Shown: positions 24,124 to 34,049 of the stretch, in pieces | Position numbering within the stretch: position 1 is the stretch's first letter | Layout of the letters: the number at the start of each line of letters is the position of its first letter | Virus record (IMG/VR): IMGVR_UViG_3300005844_000001 | Coordinates: 1-64,000 of that record | Source of the DNA: a virus | Taxonomy: Duplodnaviria > Caudoviricetes | Strand: one strand, 5' to 3' | Length of the DNA: 64,000 nucleotides | Position numbers and translations under genes: made by a program | Notes under the pieces: generated by a model | What the model saw: the letters and a program-made list of their open reading frames with translations, nothing else | What the model was told of the DNA's origin: nothing | The model's database searches: none

Positions 24124-26690
24124 GGTTGTGCTTTGTAAGAGTAATAGACTAAAGCTTCAGTGGTCCCTTTGCAGTGCAGTGCCAGCACGCCTACTTTGTT
24201 AGCCGCAAGGCTCGCGTCGATAGCCGAGCCGATAGGAATCCAGCTGGAGTTGACTGCCAAGTTTCGCAGCGTGCCATCGCTCACAATCCAGATGGTTTTC
24301 TTCTTCCCGTCGCCCCGGTTGCTCGTCGTCATGCTAGTAACAGCGGCAGTGAGGGACATCGTCTCCTCCTCCGCTTCGTCAAAGTCCCAGACCGGCGTTG
24401 CGCTCGGTGTCTTGGTCGCGACCGCGGCCACAATGTTCAGCTTGCTTACTAAGTTCTTGCTTCCGTCAGTGGAGACATGCTGGGATGCGGTAAGGCCCGC
24501 AATGTTCACCGTGCCGGTAAAGCTCGGGCTGGCCAGCGGTGCTTTGAGCGCCAAGTCCGTATCTAAGTCGTAGCTGACTAGGTTCTTGCTACCGTCAGTT
24601 TTCACCCAGCGCGACGCAGTTAAGTTAGGAATGTTAGCTACTCCCGCCGTCAAGCTCAGCGCCGTTGACCCGCTATTCTGCAACAGGATTGTAGAGCCGC
24701 GAATCGTTATTGGAACCCACGCTGCCCCGCCCCGGTTGTAGCTGGTGATGTAAGAAATTCCGCCATTGTATTCCAGTTCAAAGCCGCCCGTGCCGCCGGG
24801 AGAAACCATGCTGCCGAGCACCTGGAGCCCGCCGGCCATTGAGTTGTCAATCCCCGTGACGCCAATCTGCAAGCGGTCGCTGGCGTCCAAGCCGAGAATT
24901 GTTTTGACTACTCCAGCAAAAGTCAGCGCGTTCAAGCTCTGCGCGTTAGCCAGCAGCGCGTAGCTAGGGAGCCAGCGGTATCCGGCAGTGAAGTTATTTA
25001 TCGCGCTGGAAACAATTCCAGCCACTAGCGCGTAGCCGGTCGCGTTCAAGTGGATGGCGTCGACGTTGTAGTAGGTCGTGTTCGAGTAGGAGCCATCCGT
25101 TCCCAAGTGGGTATTGCTAGCTAAGTCCGCTAGCCCATCGGCGAAGGTCGGCCAGTGCAACCGAATCAAAGCGTTGAAGGTATTTTTCAGCGAGTCCAGC
25201 GTCGCGGCCCCAATACCCGTGCCTGTCCGGGAAATCATCGTGCAGACAATGACGCTCCAGCCCGCTTTGCGACGGTAGTTGCAATAAGCAAGCAGCCGGT
25301 TGAATACAGTTTCGACGCTCGCTAAGTCTACCGCGAAGTCATTTGTCCCGCCCCAAATCACCACGACGTTCCGCCGCCCGCAGCGCGTAAATAACGTATC
25401 GACTGTATGGAAGGACGCATCCTGCATCATCAACAAAGTGCGGCCGCTCACTGCGGCTTGGGTTGCGGTGAACGTCTCCGTAGTAGAGAGCCCCGCTTGA
25501 TACGTGGCGACGGATAGCGAGTCTCCGTCGGTAACCAACGTGCTCGTTACTACCGCTGTGCCGTTCTTAGCATCTTCCAAGCAGCGCCACTTCGTTGATG
25601 TATTGTCGTAGACTAAGAGCACTATTTGAGTAGGGATAACAATCAAGTCCTGCGTTAGGGAAAACTGGTTGCCGGCCGAGCTGGAACTGGAAAGCTTTTT
25701 TAGTACCAGGTTGAAGCTGCCCACGTTAGCCAGCGCGATTACCCGGCCCGAAGCTCCACCAGTCAACCCCGTCAAGTTGCGAGAAGCGTCAGTGCTCACC
25801 CGAATAATACTGGCGGCCGACAATCCAGTAGGCGCCCAGTCGTCAGTATCAGCGCTGAGTTGAGTGGGAGTAATCACACCCGGTAGCGCGAAGCTTGTGC
25901 TCGCTTGCGTAACGACTGGCAAAGCAGCAGTGCCAGCCAAGTCTCCAGCCAGCTTGACCCGGCCCTTGAGTGCGGTCGTGGCGTCTTCTTCCGTATTGTC
26001 GATTTTATCCCATATCGTGCCGTTGAAAACAATCAAGTCCCCTACGTTCCATTCAGCAATACCATCAATCGACGTAGTGCCAGCGACGCTTACCTTGTAG
26101 TAGAAGCCTTTAGTCCCGACTCCATCGGCCAGAGCCGGGGAATTCGTGCTGGAATTCCAAGTCCCCTGGTAATTCAGTCCGCCGACAACTGCCGCCGGAA
26201 GGTCAGCTAGAACCAGAGAGCGGTAAGTCGGCGCGGCGTCAGCTCCAGTAGTCGGTCCGGCTTTGATTTTGTTGGCAGCTTGAGCATTTTCCGTTACCGC
26301 AAAACCACCTGCTCCGGTCACTGGCGAGCCGGCAACGCCGAAGTCTGACGGCATAGATAGAGCTACGCTGGTGACTGTCCCCGCTCCCGGCGTCGGAATA
26401 ATTACCCAGCCACGCTGCGTGCTTTCCGGGTCGCTATCTGGAATAATCAAGTCGGGAGAAGATTCCTGGTCGGTAGTCTCCTGGAGCTGATAGTGGGACA
26501 AGACGCCGGCGATGACTACTTTTACCGTAGTCCCCGTAACGATGCCAGTCACGTCGACGCCATCCAGGTTCCCCGCGCCGCCGCCAGTCAGTCCGGTAAT
26601 ACTCCACAACGGGAACGCCCACCGCGCTTTGTTCACCGCGTCGTCTACGTTGACGCCGGGATGTTCCGAAAGATAAGGAGTTAGTGCCAT
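24120..26690 (-). CDS. Tail fibre/spike with SGNH (GDSL) hydrolase domain
   Basis: GDSLS, WGGTND, DAIH blocks within a G/T/S-rich fibre. Confidence 0.85.
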   Translation of the reverse strand: MALTPYLSEHPGVNVDDAVNKARWAFPLWSITGLTGGGAGNLDGVDVTGIVTGTTVKVVIAGVLSHYQLQETTDQESSPDLIIPDSDPESTQRGWVIIPTPGAGTVTSVALSMPSDFGVAGSPVTGAGGFAVTENAQAANKIKAGPTTGADAAPTYRSLVLADLPAAVVGGLNYQGTWNSSTNSPALADGVGTKGFYYKVSVAGTTSIDGIAEWNVGDLIVFNGTIWDKIDNTEEDATTALKGRVKLAGDLAGTAALPVVTQASTSFALPGVITPTQLSADTDDWAPTGLSAASIIRVSTDASRNLTGLTGGASGRVIALANVGSFNLVLKKLSSSSSAGNQFSLTQDLIVIPTQIVLLVYDNTSTKWRCLEDAKNGTAVVTSTLVTDGDSLSVATYQAGLSTTETFTATQAAVSGRTLLMMQDASFHTVDTLFTRCGRRNVVVIWGGTNDFAVDLASVETVFNRLLAYCNYRRKAGWSVIVCTMISRTGTGIGAATLDSLKNTFNALIRLHWPTFADGLADLASNTHLGTDGSYSNTTYYNVDAIHLNATGYALVAGIVSSAINNFTAGYRWLPSYALLANAQSLNALTFAGVVKTILGLDASDRLQIGVTGIDNSMAGGLQVLGSMVSPGGTGGFELEYNGGISYITSYNRGGAAWVPITIRGSTILLQNSGSTALSLTAGVANIPNLTASRWVKTDGSKNLVSYDLDTDLALKAPLASPSFTGTVNIAGLTASQHVSTDGSKNLVSKLNIVAAVATKTPSATPVWDFDEAEEETMSLTAAVTSMTTSNRGDGKKKTIWIVSDGTLRNLAVNSSWIPIGSAIDASLAANKVGVLALHCKGTTEALVYYSYKAQP

Positions 26691-26694
26691 AAGC

Positions 26695-27183
26695 TTATTC
26701 TATAACCCAAAATTCAAAGCCGTCCGAAGTAATAAAGAGCACGTGGTCTGGACCGCTCTCTACTTCAAATGGACCGTAGCCAACCAGCTCAGCTTCCGCG
26801 TCTATTTCCGACTTGTCAATCAAATCAATGCGAGCGGTTACCGACCATATTCCCTCCAGATACTCGCAAGCATAGCCGCCGATAAATCTTACCATCCAAA
26901 CAGTCAGCTCTGTATTCTTCGGATAGCGAAGCTCAAGCGAGAAAGCAGCGGCTCCATTGCCGAGAGTATCAGCAAAGAAAGTTTGGAAAGCAGCATACTG
27001 GGTTTCGTTCAAGCGCCAGCTGACCGAAGCGGGGACATAGAACTTGTCGAACCGAGAGCGGCGCACAATCGGCCCGTCGTCAAACGAGCTGGAGATGGTA
27101 GCGTTGCGGTTCGCGCCCGCGTAGTCGATAAAGGGCAACGGGAGCTCAGTGGGCCAAACAATATCGATGGTAAGGACGCTCAT
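26695..27183 (-). CDS. Distal tail protein (gpM-like)
   Basis: Directly after the tape measure; WPTELP...GPIVRRSRF...F..F...LGNG. Confidence 0.75.
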   Translation of the reverse strand: MSVLTIDIVWPTELPLPFIDYAGANRNATISSSFDDGPIVRRSRFDKFYVPASVSWRLNETQYAAFQTFFADTLGNGAAAFSLELRYPKNTELTVWMVRFIGGYACEYLEGIWSVTARIDLIDKSEIDAEAELVGYGPFEVESGPDHVLFITSDGFEFWVIE

Positions 27184-29729
27184 TTGCCCCTCCGGCGCAA
27201 GTCGAAGGACTTCTCCATCGCAGTCGGCACCACGCCAGAACCGTTCCGGATATCTCCACTGATTTCATTCTTTACCCGGCGAATCATTACCTCGATGACC
27301 CGCTCTGAGTCGTCGTTCTTTTCAGTTACTCGCGGCTGGACGTCCGTATAGTTGTTCACAACGACGCGCACCGGCTGGCTTCCGCCGAGCTTGTGGTTTG
27401 GAATAATCGTCCCCGACTGCGAAGGGGCGAAGAGCTCCGGCCCTCTTTCTCCGACGAGGAACGTGGAGCCAGGCGATACAGAACCGCCCATAGCTTTGCC
27501 ACCAGCGAAAGTAAGCTTGACCGCCATCATACTGGAAAGAATCCCAGCCGTCTGCGAAGCAATAATAGCGACGGCGGCCAGCTTCTCCCAAATCGTTGTC
27601 CCCTGGGCAAACCCATCAGAGATAGCTTTCTGGATATTGAGCATGGCCGAAGCAATCGAGAAAGCTTTCTGCATCGCGAACATGGCTTGATAGGCAACAG
27701 ATTGCTTCCCTGCAGACTGCTCGACTATGGAAGCCAGCGTGCCAAACGTCGACTCGCCAGAAGCCAGAGCTATCTGCTGCTGAGCTTGCGTCAGCTCTCT
27801 TACCTTGTTGTAATAATCAGTCAAGAGAGCCTTGCGCTTATCGTTGTGCTCTTTGTCGAGGCTCAACTCCAAATCGTGGAATGACTTCAGCTTTTCTATT
27901 TCTCCTTTGTAAAAAGCAATCTCAGAACCCGGTCTTCTCCCCGATAGGCCCATCTTATCGATAGCCGCTGAAGCTTCTTCTACGCGCTTCTGGTGCGCCA
28001 GCGAGGCCGCGTTAGAAACCGCTACCGTCTTCTTGACACTCTTTTCTATCTCTTCGTTGTAGCCCTTAACGTGCGCGGTCGCTCCAGTAACTATCTTGCT
28101 GTATTCAGCGAGCAGTTTGTCGGAGAACTTGCCCTCTGTGACAATCTTCCCCAAGTATACAGAAGCCGCTGCAGCGTCTTTAACGAGCTTGTCTGCCAGC
28201 TTGTCTGCGTCGGAAGCGTCGATATTCAGTTTGAACTTGAGCTCATCGATATGCTTGCCACTCTTAGAGCCCATCCAGTCCGGCAGCTTGTCCGTAATGG
28301 CGTTGATGGTCCGGATGGCCAAATTCGCTCCAGCGACAATTCCATTAATCGCGCCTTCTATTCCCCAAGTTATTCCCTTGACTACTGCTCCAACAACTTT
28401 TAGCAGCCCCGCCAGCGCCAGCTCAATAGCAATCTCCACGCCGAGAAACCCGACTTTGAAATACATCCAAGCGTCGCCGACTGCCCCGATAGCCGTAATA
28501 AACGTATCGCGGAAAAGCTCAGCAGCATGCTCCGCCGTCTCGGCAAAGTGAGTCGTGTCGTCCGTCGCTTTCAGCATCCACTTGGCGCCCATTTGCAAGA
28601 TGGGCATAATCGCCAGCCCAATGCCGAGCAGGAAGTCTTTTACCCGATTCCAAATCGTCGTCATCTGCTTGCCGAAAGTCTCGTAGGAAAGCTCCGCCGA
28701 CTTAGCCAGAGCTTCGTGATGCTCCCATTCATGAGCTGACATGCCCATCGCTTTGGCAAAGAGCGCGGTATTGCCGGCGGCTTTGAGCAGGACTACATCA
28801 ATCTGCGCGCCGCTTAACCCCAAATTTTCCAAGATACCAAGAACGTCCCCGCCACGCTTCTGCACTTGGTTCAGCCCATCCATAAAAGAAAGGATGGCTC
28901 CGGCCGCGTCTTCTTTGAAAGCTTTGGTAAAAGCGTCGCCAGTCATTCCAGCCGTCGCGGCAAACCGCTGGAGATTCGCGTCCTGAGCCGCGACGGACTT
29001 CGTCATATCTCCGAGCATCTTGTTGAAAGCCATCCCTCCACGTCCGGCGTCGACTCCAGCCGAAGTCAGACCAGCCGACAAGCCCATAATCTGAGGCGCA
29101 GTCAGCCCGGCAGCTTTGCCCATAGCTCCGATTTTAGCGGTCATGTCCAGCACTTCTCCAGCCGAAGTAGAGAGACGAGCGCCAAGCTTGACTGCGCTGG
29201 AAGCAACTCGTTCCAGTTCATTCTGCGGAATTTCCAGTAGCTGCCCAAACCGGATAATCTGCTTGGAAGATTCCTCTACCGATTCGTGAGTTACCGTTCC
29301 GAAGTCTACCATCGTCTTGGTAAACTCGACTATGTTCTCTTTAGAGACTCCAAGCCTCAGCGCTGCGCTGGCTACCTTGTTGATTTCATTTACGTTGACC
29401 GGAATCGCCCGGGAAAGTTCCCGAAATGCTTCCTCCAGCCGATGAGTATCGTAGTAGTTTCCTTGCATCCGTTTGGAGATAGCGAGGAAAGACTCTTCAA
29501 ACTCGTCGGCCAGGTGGACTGCCGCCAGACCTACGGCAGTAAAAGCCGCTGCGGTAGTCGCCGCCAAGCCAGCAACTGCTTTAACCATCTTGTCAGAGCC
29601 CTTGCTGACCGCGACTACCGCGTGCTCCATCCCTTTGACGAGCTCGGTAGAGTCAGCAGTAAGTTTGAGAAGCAGAGTCCCCAAACTCCCCGCGCCGAGA
29701 GCTTCTAAGATATGGGCGGCTTCAGACAT
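27180..29729 (-). CDS. Tape measure protein
   Basis: 849 aa, Ala-rich helical, TP901-type core, C-terminal GGSV...VGERGPELF. Confidence 0.95.
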   Translation of the reverse strand: MSEAAHILEALGAGSLGTLLLKLTADSTELVKGMEHAVVAVSKGSDKMVKAVAGLAATTAAAFTAVGLAAVHLADEFEESFLAISKRMQGNYYDTHRLEEAFRELSRAIPVNVNEINKVASAALRLGVSKENIVEFTKTMVDFGTVTHESVEESSKQIIRFGQLLEIPQNELERVASSAVKLGARLSTSAGEVLDMTAKIGAMGKAAGLTAPQIMGLSAGLTSAGVDAGRGGMAFNKMLGDMTKSVAAQDANLQRFAATAGMTGDAFTKAFKEDAAGAILSFMDGLNQVQKRGGDVLGILENLGLSGAQIDVVLLKAAGNTALFAKAMGMSAHEWEHHEALAKSAELSYETFGKQMTTIWNRVKDFLLGIGLAIMPILQMGAKWMLKATDDTTHFAETAEHAAELFRDTFITAIGAVGDAWMYFKVGFLGVEIAIELALAGLLKVVGAVVKGITWGIEGAINGIVAGANLAIRTINAITDKLPDWMGSKSGKHIDELKFKLNIDASDADKLADKLVKDAAAASVYLGKIVTEGKFSDKLLAEYSKIVTGATAHVKGYNEEIEKSVKKTVAVSNAASLAHQKRVEEASAAIDKMGLSGRRPGSEIAFYKGEIEKLKSFHDLELSLDKEHNDKRKALLTDYYNKVRELTQAQQQIALASGESTFGTLASIVEQSAGKQSVAYQAMFAMQKAFSIASAMLNIQKAISDGFAQGTTIWEKLAAVAIIASQTAGILSSMMAVKLTFAGGKAMGGSVSPGSTFLVGERGPELFAPSQSGTIIPNHKLGGSQPVRVVVNNYTDVQPRVTEKNDDSERVIEVMIRRVKNEISGDIRNGSGVVPTAMEKSFDLRRRGK

Positions 29730-29738
29730 AATTTAGTT

Positions 29739-30427
29739 TCAGTTTTTCTTGCTAACGTCCAGCTGGAGGAACGCGGCCCAAGCCGCTTTAGATTTCTGCA
29801 TCTTTTCTTTAGCTTCTTCGACTACTTCCGTTGTGCCAAGCAAGAAGTCCATCAGCTTGACTTTGTTCGGGTCAGCGACGAAAGAGCGCCGGACTTCGGA
29901 AGCGATTTGCGCCAGATACCAATCCTGCTTAGTCGTAACCCGCTGCTCCTGCTTCAAGTATTCCAGCCACTCGAGGAATTCGCTGAACGGCATTCGCTCG
30001 CGGAGCTCGTTGACTGGAATTCTTAAGTGAGAAGCAACGTCGAACCAGCCATACCGCTCGCTTAATCTTTTTTTGTGCCGTCGGCCGCTTCCTCTTTAGT
30101 CCCAGTGAGCAGGTTGATACGCTGCGCTTCGTCGAACAAGCTCGATACAGTTCCCGAAGGCCAGCTTTGAATCTCTTCCTTCTTTACGAGTATGCCCTCA
30201 ACAGTATAAAGGCAGGAAGCGAGTAGCGCTGTTTGGAGCCCGTCGAACTTCTTTACCCCGGCCACCTTCCCCTTCTCGTCGAGCTTCATTCGCTCCCCCA
30301 GCTGGTCCAGATACTTGTCGCGCTGGCTGGCCGACATCTCCCGCAGCTCGTAGTGGACTTCTTTGCCGTCTAGCCCGGTGAGTATTACCGGCTCGGTCCG
30401 GGCCAGCAGAGTAAAGTTCAAACTCAT
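29739..30427 (-). CDS. Tail assembly chaperone G (30062..30427) and -1 frameshift product GT
   Basis: ACA AAA AAA GAT TAA; the -1 frame reads RLSERYGWFDV...ELRERMPFSEFLEW into ORF 29739..29993. Confidence 0.9.
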
Positions 30428-30434
30428 AAGACTC

Positions 30435-30881
30435 TTAAGATTCGCCTTCGGCCGCGTAAGCCGGAGCCACTTCCGCTCCAGACTCGTTAGTCAGGCTGGG
30501 ATGGAATACCAACGAAGCTGTAGGCTGGTCTCCTTCCTTGTGCTGGCTCGGAGTAAACGAATCAATCCAGCCCCAAAACTCGATGGTCGAATCGTCGGGG
30601 AAAGTAACAGTGATTGGTTGGTTGACTTGAACCTGAGCCACGATTTGTTCGAACGCTTCCGTGGCGTAAGCGCACGTGGCCGAGACTTGCCCGAACGTCT
30701 TCAGCTGCTTCGGAGCGGCTGTGCGCCAGCCTAAGCTCCGCATGTTGGTAATATCAATCGGCCCGCCCCCAGAGACCGGAGGCGGAGTAACTTCCTTCTC
30801 GTAAAGCTTAACGGTCGGAATATTAGCGAGCGTGATGATGGTCCGGAAACCATCTTTGAGCATGATTGCATTGGATGACAT
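30435..30881 (-). CDS. Tail tube (major tail) protein
   Basis: VTPPPVSGG..IDIT...ITVTFPD..F.G; position before the chaperone. Confidence 0.85.
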   Translation of the reverse strand: MSSNAIMLKDGFRTIITLANIPTVKLYEKEVTPPPVSGGGPIDITNMRSLGWRTAAPKQLKTFGQVSATCAYATEAFEQIVAQVQVNQPITVTFPDDSTIEFWGWIDSFTPSQHKEGDQPTASLVFHPSLTNESGAEVAPAYAAEGES

Positions 30882-30886
30882 AAGTT

Positions 30887-31306
30887 TTATTCTAAGGTAA
30901 CTACTGCGTTGATTGTGAAGTGCTGGCGGCGACGTCCGCCCTCTTCCTCAATCCCTACCGGAATAATATCACCGGTCCGAGACACGTTGAGGAGAGAATA
31001 TACTTCCGTACTTGAAATAGCAACGATAACTCTGCCTAGGGAATCCAGTTCGGTAGCGATAGCATTAGCCTTCTCCCAGACGTCTGGATACGAGAGGCCA
31101 CGCACTCTGATTTGAATCCCCGGATGCGTTACTTGCAAGCCGGTCGCCATTACTCGTCCGTCTATCTTTCCTGCGGTATCATAGACGCAAATGGCATTGT
31201 CTGGCGACTCTGGAAGGAAAGAAACAAAAGCCGTCCAGCTCCCACTGGTTGCTGCCAGCCCCAGGTCGAGCAGGAGCTGGCGGATAATATCAGCAGGAGA
31301 GCTCAT
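30887..31306 (-). CDS. Tail terminator / minor capsid-like protein
   Basis: PESPDNAICVYDTAG...PGIQIRVRG; synteny. Confidence 0.8.
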   Translation of the reverse strand: MSSPADIIRQLLLDLGLAATSGSWTAFVSFLPESPDNAICVYDTAGKIDGRVMATGLQVTHPGIQIRVRGLSYPDVWEKANAIATELDSLGRVIVAISSTEVYSLLNVSRTGDIIPVGIEEEGGRRRQHFTINAVVTLE

Positions 31307-31309
31307 AGT

Positions 31310-31753
31310 TTAATGGGCAGAATGGCCGCCAGAGTGGGAACCAGCCATTTCGTCGGCGACAATCTTCCTTATCTCTGGCTGAAGCCGGCGTGCTGGCTCT
31401 TCGAGGAACTTGGCTTGACCCTGGCCTTGTGGGTCCCAATAGCTCCCGTGCGCGCCCTTACCAGTGCGCGGGAGTCCTTTTAGTTTCATCCCTACAGCTT
31501 CGTGCACATAAAGAGCATACCCGGCGGTATAGCCGACTTCCACTACCGTCTTCATACCTTCTCCGCGATGCCTGGTAAAAGCCGAAGCTTTCAAGTTCCC
31601 CAAGTCGACCGGCACAAGCTTCTGAGACTCGCGCTGGAGCATGAGCCCCGCTTTCTTCAGCCCTCGCTCACAGCCCTTGCCAAGATTCTCCTGCTTCTCT
31701 TTGAATTTTTTCAGAACTTCGGCCAGACCCGATAGTTCGTTCATGTTTGCCAT
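31310..31753 (-). CDS. HK97 gp10-like tail completion protein
   Basis: VPVDLGNLKAS...VGYTAGYALYVHE...AKFLE. Confidence 0.85.
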   Translation of the reverse strand: MANMNELSGLAEVLKKFKEKQENLGKGCERGLKKAGLMLQRESQKLVPVDLGNLKASAFTRHRGEGMKTVVEVGYTAGYALYVHEAVGMKLKGLPRTGKGAHGSYWDPQGQGQAKFLEEPARRLQPEIRKIVADEMAGSHSGGHSAH

Positions 31754-31761
31754 AATTAAAA

Positions 31762-31793
31762 GTCCACGCACTCTGTGGAGGGAGTGCGTGGAC
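31762..31793 (-). terminator. Terminator-like hairpin inside the late operon
   Basis: Perfect 12-bp stem GTCCACGCACTC/GAGTGCGTGGAC followed by TTTTAATT. Confidence 0.6.
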
Positions 31794-31811
31794 GCACAGA
31801 GCCCTGTATAA

Positions 31812-32237
31812 TTACCTTCGTCGAGCGCCTTCTGCGGGCGGGTCTTCAGTTACGTCCGGAATCGTATCATCGAACGCCTGGAGCTCGGCTTTGAAGTCGG
31901 TGATGCTCGTCTCCACTGCTGCCGGGAGCTCGACATTTTCCAAACTGGCTTTGAGCTTGTCAAACTCGATGACCAAGTTGTCATACTTCTTTTGTTGCTC
32001 GCCCCAAATCTTTTTGACTTCGGCGCGGATGCCCGACACTTCGTTGCCTAGTTCGCTTAGTTTTATTGCCATACGTTCTATCCATTCATGTAGGTCTTGT
32101 TTCGTTGCGAGTGCGGAGTGCGACCTGTTACGCTCCCACTCTTGCTTGCTTGCTTCCGTGAAGTCCCTCACCGCGTCGGTGAGACACGAAATTGAATGAG
32201 CGATGCCGGAATGTTGTTCTCCCATACCTTGTTTCAT
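31812..32237 (-). CDS. Hypothetical coiled-coil protein inserted in the neck module
   Basis: ORF between the head-closure and gp10-like genes; ATKQDL motif. Confidence 0.6.
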   Translation of the reverse strand: MKQGMGEQHSGIAHSISCLTDAVRDFTEASKQEWERNRSHSALATKQDLHEWIERMAIKLSELGNEVSGIRAEVKKIWGEQQKKYDNLVIEFDKLKASLENVELPAAVETSITDFKAELQAFDDTIPDVTEDPPAEGARRR

Positions 32238-32238
32238 T

Positions 32239-32580
32239 TTAGAGGTAAGCCGTATATAAATTCTCCGTATTCCGGAGATTAGGAAGGACGTCAAATCTTT
32301 CCACCAAGTAAGAGCCTGCATGGTTAATAGGGTCGTCCGGCGTATCGCTATCCATCGGGCCCTGGGCCAGCCGGTCTCCCATAGCCATCTTGCGGTCCAC
32401 GTAGACGATGGCGCGGGAGAGCTGCTTCTCCCCTTGAGCGCTGAGATACTCCTGGCCGACTTCTTCCCAGCGGCAAGCCACTTCCACCGGAGCGTCGAAA
32501 GAGTCCGTTCCGTATTGGTCGGTCGCTCCTTTCTTCCACCAGATAGCCGTCTGCCGGCGCATGCTTTTAATCAAGCTCAT
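32239..32580 (-). CDS. Head closure / head-tail adaptor
   Basis: QTAIWW...DQYG...PVEVACRWE; synteny. Confidence 0.8.
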   Translation of the reverse strand: MSLIKSMRRQTAIWWKKGATDQYGTDSFDAPVEVACRWEEVGQEYLSAQGEKQLSRAIVYVDRKMAMGDRLAQGPMDSDTPDDPINHAGSYLVERFDVLPNLRNTENLYTAYL

Positions 32581-33224
32581 GCAGCCACCTCCGCCGGAGC
32601 TAAAATCACATCCAGTTGCTCGAACGTCATCGCCGGAAATACCATCAGCTTGGAACCGCCGTCGGTCACGTTGAGCACTTGCACGTCCGGGCGGAGCGAA
32701 GCGAGGCTGGCCGCCAGGCACTTGAACCCTTTTTGGAACCGGACGAAAGACACGTTATCCGTAGGCTTGCTCCGGTGCTTGTGCCAGTGACTCTTGCCGC
32801 CCGTGCAAGCCATATCAAACCCCAGCAGGAAGATGCGGGCAGCGCCGAGCCGGACAGCCAGATTAATCGCCGCCGCTCCAGTGGAATAGTTCCAAGCCAA
32901 AGACGTCCCCGATTCCTGGAGACCATCTCTGACTCGATTCATCCGGTAAAGCCACGGAGAACCTAAATTGATAAGCGAAGGAGCGCACGAGAGCACTCGC
33001 CCGCGAAACTTCTCCAGCTCCCACTTGGTCCGGTGGAACCAGCTGGCGTCCCCGAACAAGCAGACGCGGACTACTTCCGCGCCGAGCCGAAAAGCATCAT
33101 TGCAGCCGATGGTATTTCTTCCCTTGAGCTTGTTCCAGGCAAAGTTCTCCAACGAAGAGCCGCCGCCGATAATAAAAGCGTCCGACTCTTTCCATTCTTC
33201 AATTGGAGACCATAGTGGCATCAT
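32577..33224 (-). CDS. MAF/DUF115-like (sialyltransferase-fold) glycosyltransferase
   Basis: FIIGGGSSL, TIGCNDA, STGAAAINLA..LGA..IFLLGFD. Confidence 0.75.
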   Translation of the reverse strand: MMPLWSPIEEWKESDAFIIGGGSSLENFAWNKLKGRNTIGCNDAFRLGAEVVRVCLFGDASWFHRTKWELEKFRGRVLSCAPSLINLGSPWLYRMNRVRDGLQESGTSLAWNYSTGAAAINLAVRLGAARIFLLGFDMACTGGKSHWHKHRSKPTDNVSFVRFQKGFKCLAASLASLRPDVQVLNVTDGGSKLMVFPAMTFEQLDVILAPAEVAA

Positions 33225-33610
33225 TCGTCAACCGTGCCGACCCAAGTAACCGACGCAACCCGGCTTCCGCCGCCAGCCAGTGACCGGTTGAGCGCCGTCA
33301 GCCCGCCTTGTGTATCGAGCACCATCGCCTGCTGGCCGTAGCGGGTAAGAGCAAGGTTTAAGTCCACCTTCGACTCGAAAGAAGCGCCGACGCTGCCGGC
33401 TTTCTCGTTCGTTGTGCGCGGGTCCCGTATCGCGTAGAAGTGAGCAGCCAGCCAGCGCTCGATTAGCTCCAGCCGCTCGATAGAATATCCGGCAATCGCG
33501 CAGACTTCAGTAACGAGCTCCGACGCGGTAAAAATAAAAGGGTCGAGGTCGATTGTAACATCAACCTCGATGATTCCAGCGACAAGCGCCGGAGTAGTGC
33601 GAATAGCCAT
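33221..33610 (-). CDS. Head-tail connector (DUF4054-like)
   Basis: IERWLAAHF...LALTRYGQQ; synteny. Confidence 0.8.
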   Translation of the reverse strand: MAIRTTPALVAGIIEVDVTIDLDPFIFTASELVTEVCAIAGYSIERLELIERWLAAHFYAIRDPRTTNEKAGSVGASFESKVDLNLALTRYGQQAMVLDTQGGLTALNRSLAGGGSRVASVTWVGTVDE

Positions 33611-33640
33611 AAGACTTTCTCTTTGCTAACACGTCCTAAC

Positions 33641-33704
33641 CGTCAGGATTTGACTTATAGGACGTGTTTATTGCTTTTGAGTGTCTACGTAGCGGTAGCT
33701 AATG
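33641..33704 (+). repeat. ~65 bp intergenic element, inverted copy of 55277-55341
   Basis: Shared blocks CGTCAGGA, TAGGAC, TGTTT, ATTGC, GAGTGTC, TAGCGG, AGCTAATG. Confidence 0.8.
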
Positions 33705-33706
33705 GC

Positions 33707-34015
33707 TTACTTGTCTCGCATCGTTTGACGCGCAGCTGTGTGCTTGTGCGCTACGGCGGGCTTCTCTTCGTCTTCTTCCAGAAGCTGCGACCGGCGAGAG
33801 CCACCGACGCGAAGCTCTTCAGCCTTCTCTCCTTCGTCCCAATCGCCCGCGGTCGAAGCGCCGCTGACTCGCTCAAACTTTTGCGGGAAGAGCTTTATCA
33901 AATCGTGCGGAGAGTCGACGATTTGGCCCTTGGTATACCGCTTGTTTCCCTCTATGTGAATCCCGGTTACCACGCGGAACTTGTTTCCCTCGGTTTTCGT
34001 TTCTTCTTTAGCCAT
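33707..34015 (-). CDS. Hypothetical capsid-adjacent protein
   Basis: 102 aa ORF after the major capsid gene. Confidence 0.7.
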   Translation of the reverse strand: MAKEETKTEGNKFRVVTGIHIEGNKRYTKGQIVDSPHDLIKLFPQKFERVSGASTAGDWDEGEKAEELRVGGSRRSQLLEEDEEKPAVAHKHTAARQTMRDK

Positions 34016-34049
34016 AATTTTTATTGGTGAACTTTTGTTGTTTTCGAGT

